Shown: one piece after another, positions 9,114-17,508 of the stretch
How positions within the stretch are numbered: the stretch's first letter is position 1
Layout: each line of letters begins with the position of its first letter
Source of the DNA: Thermoanaerobaculum sp.
GTDB lineage: Bacteria > Acidobacteriota > Thermoanaerobaculia > Multivoradales > UBA5704
Reading direction: 5' to 3'
Length of the DNA: 64,000 bases
Assembly: GCA_021154885.1 (NCBI GenBank)
Contig: JAJKHS010000091.1
Span: 9,089 to 73,088 of the forward strand
Notes under the pieces: generated by a model
The model's database searches: none
What the model saw: the letters and a program-made list of their open reading frames with translations, nothing else
Told to the model about the DNA's origin: nothing
Translations under genes and position numbers: made by a program

Positions 9114-10217
9114 CTACGACGACCGGCTGACGTACCGCTGCCATGCCGCCAGCCGCTCTTCGAGGGTGCGGCCCAGGGCCTCCAGGGAGGGGAGGTCGAT
9201 GGGCTCGTCCGCCAGCAGGGGGACGTCCACCAGCGGCTGCTCCCGGGAGAAGAGCTTGGCGAGCTCGATCAATCCCTTGCGGTCCCTCTCCCCGGCCCAG
9301 GAGAGGAGCTCCCAGCCGGTGGGCCGGCAGAGGTCCGCCGAAGGGGGCGGGGCGCCTTCGATCACGAAGCGGGGGTGGACCCGGTTCACCACCACGGGTC
9401 CCAGGTGGTAGCCGGCCTCCTCCAGCCGGCGGGCGAAGAAGAGGGTGTCGGGGATGCGCTCCTCGCCCGCGCCGGAGACCAGGACGAAGAGAGTCTGCGG
9501 CGAGCGCAGCAGCGCCTCCACCTGCCGCGCCCTTTCGCGGAAACCCTCGAAGAGGGGGGCGAAAGCCTGGAAGAACTCGGCCATGTCGCGCAGCAGGTCC
9601 ATGCCCACGACGTCGTCCAGGAAGCGCTCGGCCCGGCGGCCGAGGGCGCCCCAGCGGGAGGTGCTCTTGAGCCGCCCCTCCTCGTCGAACCAGTCGCGGA
9701 GAGCCACCCGCAGGGCGCCGCTGTCCAGGAAGCCGAGGATGCGCGAGGGGGCCTCGAGGAAGTCCAGGGCCTGCCGGGTGGGCGGCGTGTCCAGGATCAC
9801 CTGCTTATAGCGCCCGCTGCCCGCCACCTCGAACAGGCGCTCCACCGCCATGTACTCCAGGACGCCGCCGAGCGTGCCCGACATGTGCTGGTAGAAATGG
9901 TTCTCGAGCACGCGGCGGCGCGATGCCTCGTCCGGGGCGTAGCGCTCGATCAGGCGGTCGAAGGTCTGGCGGGCGTCGAGCAGGCTGGCGTGGAGGGTGC
10001 CCGGGGCGTCGAAGGCCACCGGCACCTCCTGGAGCTTCGCCTCCTCCCCCACTCCCAGGGCCTGCTTCAGGCGCAGCGACGGGTCGAAGGTCATCACCAG
10101 CGTGTCCCGTCCCTCGCGGGCGGAGAGCACGGCCATGGCGGCGGCCAGGGTCGTCTTGCCGACCCCGCCCGAGCCGACGACGATGATCAGCGGATAGCGA
10201 TCGGAGATCAGCTCCAT
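9114..10217 (-). CDS. ArsA/GET3-family ATPase, half-size (split ArsA partner 2)
   Basis: P-loop IIVVGSGGVGKTTLAAAMAV then TFDPSLRLKQALG. ATG at 10217 (MELISDRYPL) was chosen over the ORF-track start 10577, whose first 120 aa are low-complexity Ala/Gly/Arg. It overlaps the upstream gene by 10 bp. Confidence 0.7.
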   Translation of the reverse strand: MELISDRYPLIIVVGSGGVGKTTLAAAMAVLSAREGRDTLVMTFDPSLRLKQALGVGEEAKLQEVPVAFDAPGTLHASLLDARQTFDRLIERYAPDEASRRRVLENHFYQHMSGTLGGVLEYMAVERLFEVAGSGRYKQVILDTPPTRQALDFLEAPSRILGFLDSGALRVALRDWFDEEGRLKSTSRWGALGRRAERFLDDVVGMDLLRDMAEFFQAFAPLFEGFRERARQVEALLRSPQTLFVLVSGAGEERIPDTLFFARRLEEAGYHLGPVVVNRVHPRFVIEGAPPPSADLCRPTGWELLSWAGERDRKGLIELAKLFSREQPLVDVPLLADEPIDLPSLEALGRTLEERLAAWQRYVSRSS

Positions 10218-11140
10218 GCGCCCTCCCCTTCCCCCACCCCCAGATGCCGCCGGGCTGACTCCCCGAAACAGCGGCTGAGGGCTGCGAGGAGGGCCGGTCC
10301 ACGATCGAGCGGGAGCTGTGGCAGCTCGATCCGCGGCCCCTGCCAGCCCGTCTTGAGCCGCGCCAGCTCCCGCTCGTTGAGCGCCCGCCGCCGGCGCCAG
10401 AGGGCGACCAGCTCGTTCTCCCGCTCGCCCGGGACCTGATGCGGCGCCGGCGGATACAGACCATTGACCACCAGCAGCTCGGGGTCGCGCTGCACCCGGT
10501 CGCGCAGCGCCTGGCGCAGCTCCAGCGCCTCTTCGACCGGCATCTCCTCGGCCTGGGTGACCACCACGATGCCGCACTTCTCCGCATCGCCGACTAGCGC
10601 CGCCAGCTCGGAGGACATGACAGAGAAGGGGCCGCTGGTGATCACCTCGGAAACGAGCCGCGGTGCGGCAAGGAGGCTCACGCCGTGACCCGTGGCCGGC
10701 GCGTCGAGGACGATCGTGTCCAGGTCCGGAGTCCCCGGCGCTCCCAGCCCCCGCAGCAGGCGCAGGGCGTGCCCCAGGGTGGCGAGCTCCTTCAAGCCCG
10801 GGGCGCCGGCCGCGAAGTGGTGGTAGACGGGGCTGTCGAGCACCCGCCGCGCCAGCAGCTCCAGCTTCAGGCGCTCGCGCACCACCTCGTCCAGCACTTG
10901 GCGGGGCTTGAGGTTCTGCACCCAGAGGCGAGACTCGGCCTGGACAATGGCGCCGCCCGAGGGGGGGACGCCGAGCATCTGGTGGACGTTCTCGCGAGGG
11001 TCGACCTCCACGACGAGGGTCCGCCGGCCCGCGGCGGCCAGCGACCTACCCAGCGTGGCCGCGATGGCCGTCTTGCCGACGCCGCCCTTGCCCGTGACCA
11101 CCACGAGCTGGCGGCGGGAAAGCTGTTCGATCGGGTTCAT
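10208..11140 (-). CDS. ArsA/GET3-family ATPase, half-size (split ArsA partner 1)
   Basis: P-loop VVVTGKGGVGKTAIAATLG, anion-transporting ATPase-like fold; translationally coupled to downstream paralog. Confidence 0.7.
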   Translation of the reverse strand: MNPIEQLSRRQLVVVTGKGGVGKTAIAATLGRSLAAAGRRTLVVEVDPRENVHQMLGVPPSGGAIVQAESRLWVQNLKPRQVLDEVVRERLKLELLARRVLDSPVYHHFAAGAPGLKELATLGHALRLLRGLGAPGTPDLDTIVLDAPATGHGVSLLAAPRLVSEVITSGPFSVMSSELAALVGDAEKCGIVVVTQAEEMPVEEALELRQALRDRVQRDPELLVVNGLYPPAPHQVPGERENELVALWRRRRALNERELARLKTGWQGPRIELPQLPLDRGPALLAALSRCFGESARRHLGVGEGEGAWS

Positions 11141-11240
11141 GAATGCCGGTCCCCTCTCAGGTCACCGCGGCACGTCCTCTGCCGCAGAGCGGCATGACTA
11201 TATCCGAGGTCGATGAAACCCGGGGCCGGCAGATCGAATC

Positions 11241-11385
11241 AGGCGAAGCAGGGACTTCAGGGACAACAGGGACGACAGGGACTTCAGGGACACGAAGAAG
11301 ACCAGAGAGCAGAGCTTTTCTCGTCCCTGATGTCCCTGAAGTCCCTGTCGTCCCTGACTTCGGCTTTCTGCCGCGCAGGCTCCTC
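11241..11385. repeat. Family-1 palindromic MITE/REP-like element, copy A
   Basis: Arm of five 9-bp units CAGGGACNN, a spacer, then the inverse arm GTCCCTGNN; 3-prime terminus TTTCTGCCGCGCAGGCTCCT shared with copies at 34598 and 44663. Confidence 0.7.
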
Positions 11386-11574
11386 GCCCGCGCACCCTGC
11401 CACCCATAGAAGACGGAAAAGGAGGCCCGATCTTGCAACCGCCCGCCAGGCAAGGATTTGCGAGGGGGGTTTCGGCTCATCTTAGAGGCGACTGAATTGA
11501 GAGCGGCGGCTCGCCAATCCTGCCCCGGCACACCCTGTTCTGTAGACCCAGTCCCGTCTCAGGAGAGAGAAGAC

Positions 11575-11769
11575 ATGCGAAAGACGAAGAAGAAGCTGAC
11601 CCTTCAGCGCGAAACCCTCCAGCAGCTCGGCGCTCAGGCCCTCCGCGTCGCCGGGGGCAGTCACGTCAATCCCACCTACGGCACCTGCCCGCCGACCCAG
11701 GAGATCTCCGTCTGCGTCACCTGCGAGACGATGACCAACTGCCAGCTCTCGGGCTGCATCTGCGCCTGA
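11575..11769 (+). CDS. Small precursor-like peptide A (64 aa): double-glycine leader plus Cys/Thr/Ser-rich core
   Basis: AGGAG 9 nt upstream of ATG; MRKTKKKLTLQRETLQQLGAQALRVAGG then SHVNPTYGTCPPTQEISVCVTCETMTNCQLSGCICA; leader conserved with two downstream paralogs. Confidence 0.6.
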   Translation: MRKTKKKLTLQRETLQQLGAQALRVAGGSHVNPTYGTCPPTQEISVCVTCETMTNCQLSGCICA

Positions 11770-11884
11770 CCGAGCACGGCTGTCCCGGTCCTGGCGGGGA
11801 GACGGCACATCAAAGATGCCCCAGCCCATGCGCAAGGGTCTGGGGCCACGCCCGATCCCGGGTGTGCCTCGGAAAGGAGATCCA

Positions 11885-12082
11885 ATGAAGAAACCCGTCA
11901 AGAAACTGGTCCTCAACCGCGAGACCCTGCGGGACCTGGAGAGCCTGCGCGGGGTGGCGGGCGGGGCCATCCAGCCCGCCCCGACCCTGACCTGCTTCGA
12001 CTGCACGCGCAACAATGGGTTGTGCATCAGCGGCGCTCCGACCTGCTTCACCAACGACACGAACTGCACCATCCAGGGTTAG
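11885..12082 (+). CDS. Small precursor-like peptide B (65 aa), paralog of A
   Basis: AAGGAG SD; MKKPVKKLVLNRETLRDLESLRGVAGGA then IQPAPTLTCFDCTRNNGLCISGAPTCFTNDTNCTIQG. Confidence 0.6.
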   Translation: MKKPVKKLVLNRETLRDLESLRGVAGGAIQPAPTLTCFDCTRNNGLCISGAPTCFTNDTNCTIQG

Positions 12083-12098
12083 CCCAAGAGGAGAGAGC

Positions 12099-12287
12099 AT
12101 GAAAAAGACCACGAAGAAGCTCAGCCTCAGCCGAGAGACCCTCAGGAACCTCGAGGAGAGCACCCTCCTCCTGCCGCTCGGCGGCGCCGTCACCCAGATC
12201 GACTGCACCCGTGCCAACGCGTCCTGCATCAGCACCCAGCCGACCTGTTTCTGCACGCGCCTCGTTCCCTGTCCGACCACGCCCTGA
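12099..12287 (+). CDS. Small precursor-like peptide C (62 aa), paralog of A and B
   Basis: GAGGAG SD; [30 protein letters not shown] then [32 protein letters not shown]. Confidence 0.6.
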   Translation: MKKTTKKLSLSRETLRNLEESTLLLPLGGAVTQIDCTRANASCISTQPTCFCTRLVPCPTTP

Positions 12288-12381
12288 CGCTCAGTCCCCA
12301 CCCCGCCCTCGGCGGGGTGGGGACTCCACGCCAACCGGGGCGTTGCCTTCCCCCCCTTCTCCGCGATACAACCGCACCGCC

Positions 12382-13355
12382 ATGAGCTTCCCAGAGACCC
12401 GACTCCGTCGCTTCCGCCGCACTCCGGCCTTGCGCCGCATCGTCCGCGAGACCCGCCTCTCCCTGGACAACCTGGCCCTCCCGCTCTTCGTCTGTCCGGG
12501 CGAAGGGGTGGCACGGCCCGTGGGCTCCATGCCCGGCGTCCATCAGCATTCGGTGGACCGCCTGGTGGAGACTGTGAAGGAGGCCTGCGCCGAGGGGATC
12601 CGCTCCGTCCTGCTGTTCGGCCTGCCCGAGACCAAGGACGCCGTGGGCAGCGCCGCCTGGTCGCCGGACGGCATCGTGCAGCGCGCCATGCGGGCACTCA
12701 CCCAGGAGGTGCCCGGGCTGATCAAGATCGCCGACGTCTGCTTCTGCGAGTACACCGACCACGGCCACTGCGGCGTTCTCCACGGCAACGAGGTGGACAA
12801 CGACGCCACGCTGGAGAACCTCGCCAGGCAGTCCGTCTCCCTGGCCGAGGCCGGGGCGGACGTCATCGCGCCGTCGGACATGATGGACGGCCGGGTGGGA
12901 GCGATCCGCAAGGCGCTCGACGCCGCCGGCCACGCCTCGACTCCCATCCTCTCCTATGCGGTCAAGTTCGCCAGCGGCTTCTACGGCCCGTTCCGCGAGG
13001 CCGCCGAGTCGGCTCCCCAGTTCGGCGACCGCCGTGGGTATCAAATGGACCCGGCCAACGGCCGTGAGGCCCTGCGGGAGGCCGAGGCGGACGTCGAGGA
13101 GGGGGCGGACATGCTGATGGTCAAGCCCGCCCTGCCGTATCTGGACGTCCTCGCCGCCCTGCGCCAGCGCTTCGACCTACCGCTCGCCGCCTACCACGTC
13201 AGTGGCGAGTACTCGATGCTCAAGGCGGCGGCCGAGCGCGGCTGGATCGACTACGACCGGGTGATGATGGAGTCGCTGATCGCCATCCGCCGCGCCGGCG
13301 CCGACCTCATCTTCACCTATGCGGCGCGGGAGGCGGCACGGCTGCTGGCTTCGGG

Positions 13356-13368
<13 letters not shown>
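12382..13368 (+). CDS. hemB: Porphobilinogen synthase (delta-aminolevulinic acid dehydratase)
   Basis: [41 protein letters not shown] and downstream active-site regions typical of HemB; internal ATG at 12382 preferred over the ORF-track start 12211. Confidence 0.85.
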
Positions 13369-14656
<1,288 letters not shown>

Positions 14657-14660
<4 letters not shown>

Positions 14661-15787
14661 CGCACCCGGACGTCCTGGTGCTCGGCGGGGGGATCATCGG
14701 CCTGGCCTGTGCCCGTGAGCTGGCCCTCCGCGGTCTGCGGGTCGAGGTCGTGGAGCGCCTCCCCCACGGCGCCGAGGCCTCCCTCGCCGCCGCCGGCATG
14801 CTCTCGCCCATTGGCGATGTGAGCGAGCCGGAGGTGCACGGGCCGTTCCTCGACGCCTGCCGCGCTTCGCGCGACCTCTGGGGCTCCTGGGTGGCGGACC
14901 TGGAGGGCGAGACGGGCCTTTCGATCGACTACGACACCAGCGGCTCCCTGCTCGTGGCCCTGGAGGAGGGGGACGAGGCCGAGCTCGACAGGGTCCTGAG
15001 CGTCGCCCGGAGCTTAAGCGAACGGGCCGAGGAGATCGAGATCTCTGCCCTGCGTCACTGGGTGCCCGACGTCACCCCCGACGTCCGCCGCGTCCTCCAC
15101 CTTCCGGACGACCACCGGGTGGACAACGTGCAGGCCTGTGCCGTCCTCGCCCAGGCCACCCAGAAGCTGGGGGTGCTCATCCACTATGACAGCGAGGTGG
15201 AGCGGGTTGAGTGCCGGCCGGAGGGGACCGTCCTTGCCCATGGCCGCCACTGGCGCAAAGAGGCCCGCCTGCTGGTGCTGGCGGCGGGCGCCTGGAGCGG
15301 CCTCATCCCCGGGCTCCCCCCTTTCCCCGTGCGGCCGGTGCGCGGCCAGATGCTGCTGCTGGGCGGCGTCGAGTGGCCCTGGAGCGGCAGCGTGCGGCGC
15401 GGCCTCTCCTACGCCGTACGCCGCGGCGCCACCCGCCTGCTGGTGGGCTCGACCCTGGAAGAGGCGGGCTTCGACAAGCACAACACGGTCGAGGGGGTCG
15501 AGGCCCTCCTCGCCTTCGCCAGGCGTCTCTTCCCCGGCATGGGCAACGCCCGCCTGGAGACGGTCTGGGCCGGCCTGCGCCCCGCCACTCCGGACGGCCT
15601 GCCCATCCTGGGCCCGCTGCCGGACTGGCCGGCGGTGATCGCCACCGGCCATTTCCGCAACGGCATCCTCCTCGCGCCCTGGACGGCCCGGGAGGTCGCC
15701 CGCCTGGCCTTCGAGGATGGCGAGGACGAGATCCCGGAGTTCTCACCAAAACGTTTTGTCTTGAGGCCCGGCGCGCCTTCGCTATAA
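14657..15787 (+). CDS. FAD-dependent oxidoreductase, glycine oxidase (ThiO)/D-amino-acid oxidase family
   Basis: TTG start overlapping hemL stop; dinucleotide-binding VLVLGGGIIGLACARELALRGLRVEVVER; DAO-family C-terminus GHFRNGILLAPWTA. Confidence 0.65.
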
Positions 15788-15830
15788 TCCCCGCAACAGA
15801 GAGCTGCCGGCTCTTGAGGAGGGGCCAGGA

Positions 15831-16085
15831 ATGACGCACATCATCATGGAACCTTGTGTCGGCGTGAAGGATACGGCCTGCGTCGACGTCTGCCCCGTCG
15901 ATTGCATCTACGGCAAGAACGAGGACTGGGAGATGCTCTACATCCATCCCGAGGAGTGCATCGACTGCGGCCTGTGCGTCGACGCCTGTCCCGTCGAAGC
16001 CATCCTCCCCCTGGAAGAGGTGCCGGACAAGTGGAAGGCGTTCATCGCCAAGAACTACGAGCACTTCGGTTTCACCCCGCCGTGA
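15831..16085 (+). CDS. Ferredoxin (2x Cys-cluster, 7Fe/8Fe type)
   Basis: CVGVKDTACVDVCPVDCIY and CIDCGLCVDACPVEAI cluster motifs. Confidence 0.8.
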   Translation: MTHIIMEPCVGVKDTACVDVCPVDCIYGKNEDWEMLYIHPEECIDCGLCVDACPVEAILPLEEVPDKWKAFIAKNYEHFGFTPP

Positions 16086-16149
16086 GCGGCCCCTCCCGAT
16101 TCCCCTGACGACGATCTCCGGGCCGGCATTCCCGCCCGGAACGTCGCCC

Positions 16150-16365
16150 CCCGCCCCGAAGCCCTCACCCCTGTCCCCTCTCCCGCCCCTCCCACCCCCC
16201 TCACCGGGAGAGGGGAACCCGGTTGAAGCGGTCTTGCTGGTCTCCCCCTGTCCGTGTTTGTCCGTGCTTGTCCCTTCCGTCCTTGTTCTTTCTCCCTCTT
16301 CTCCCGGTGAGGGGGGTGGGAGGGAGCGGGAGAAGAGGGCCGGGGTGATGAGGGTCTTGGGGGAA
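16150..16365. repeat. Family-2 palindromic G/C-tract repeat element, copy 1
   Basis: CCCTCACCGGGAGAGGGG ... CCCTCTTCTCCCGGTGAGGGGGGTGGGAGGGAGCGGGAGAAGAGGGCCGGGGTGATGAGGGTCT; same core found at 32527, 35905 and 38018 in both orientations. Confidence 0.7.
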
Positions 16366-16393
16366 TGGACGTTCTCCCCATTCCGTTCTACAA

Positions 16394-16414
16394 TTTGAGT
16401 CGCGGGCACTCAAA
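16394..16414 (+). promoter_or_regulatory. HAIR-like operator (HspR-associated inverted repeat) upstream of dnaJ-clpB
   Basis: TTTGAGT-cgcgggc-ACTCAAA matches HAIR consensus CTTGAGT-N7-ACTCAAG; 67 bp upstream of the dnaJ start. Confidence 0.55.
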
Positions 16415-16480
16415 GTTAGTCCGCGATCCTCAAGCTTCGCGGCGCCGAGGCGCAGAATTCCGGTCGGAGGGGCAATTTCA

Positions 16481-17470
16481 TTGGACTACAAGGACTACTA
16501 TTCGACGTTGGGCGTCAAGAAGGACGCATCCCAGGAGGATATCCAGAAGGCGTACCGGAAGCTGGCGCGCAAGTTCCATCCGGACGTGAACAAGAACCCC
16601 GAGGCCGAGGTCAAGTTCAAGGAGATCGGCGAAGCCTACGAGGTTCTCAAGGACCCGGACAAGCGCCAGAAGTACGACCAGTTCGGCTCCTCTTGGAACC
16701 GTGCCCGGCAGAGCGGCGGCGGTGCTCCTCCGGGCTGGGAGAACATCCACTTCGGCAACGGCGGCGGTGGGTTCGACTTCGGAGATCTCGGCGGTGGCGG
16801 CGCGGGCAACGAACGGTTCAGCTCCTTCTTCGAGATGCTGTTCGGCGGCGGCGGTCCGGGAGGCGGCCGGCGGGGGACGGCCGCGGGCGGCCCGGCCGGA
16901 TTCGGCGGCTTCGGCGGCCAAGGGTTCGGCAACCAAGCCGGCGGCAACGCCGAGGCGACGCTCCCCATCACGATCGAAGAGGCCGTGCAGGGCGGCACCA
17001 AGGAGATCGCTCTCGCCGATCCGGCCACCGGCCAGCGGCGGACTCTGTCGGTCAAGGTTCCGCCGGGTGTGCGCTCGGGTCAGAAGATCCGCCTCGCGGG
17101 CCAGGGCTCGCCGGGATTCGGCGGCGGCGCGGCTGGCGACCTGCTGCTCAAGGTGGAGATCGAGCCCGACTCGCGGTTCAAGGTCGAGGGCGCGGACATC
17201 CACACCACCGTCCCGGTGGCCCCATGGGAGGCGGCGCTGGGCAGCGAAGCCGAGGTGGAGACGCCCACCGGCCCCGTGCGGGTGAAGATCCCGGCGGGCT
17301 CCTCCTCCGGACGGAAGATCCGCCTGCGCGACCGCGGCCTCACCGCACAGGGGGGCGTCAAGGGGGATCTTCTGGCCGAGATCCGGATCATGGTTCCCGA
17401 CCAACTCTCGCCGCGTGAGCGCGAGCTGTTCGAGGAGTTGGCGCAGGAGTCGGAGTTCCGAGCGCGATAA
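16481..17470 (+). CDS. cbpA: DnaJ-class chaperone lacking zinc finger (CbpA-like)
   Basis: J domain [36 protein letters not shown]-rich linker, C-terminal substrate-binding domains, no CxxCxGxG repeats; TTG start. Confidence 0.8.
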   Translation: MDYKDYYSTLGVKKDASQEDIQKAYRKLARKFHPDVNKNPEAEVKFKEIGEAYEVLKDPDKRQKYDQFGSSWNRARQSGGGAPPGWENIHFGNGGGGFDFGDLGGGGAGNERFSSFFEMLFGGGGPGGGRRGTAAGGPAGFGGFGGQGFGNQAGGNAEATLPITIEEAVQGGTKEIALADPATGQRRTLSVKVPPGVRSGQKIRLAGQGSPGFGGGAAGDLLLKVEIEPDSRFKVEGADIHTTVPVAPWEAALGSEAEVETPTGPVRVKIPAGSSSGRKIRLRDRGLTAQGGVKGDLLAEIRIMVPDQLSPRERELFEELAQESEFRAR

Positions 17471-17508
17471 GCCCCAGGAATCGAAGGAATGAAGGGAGAA
17501 AAATCATC

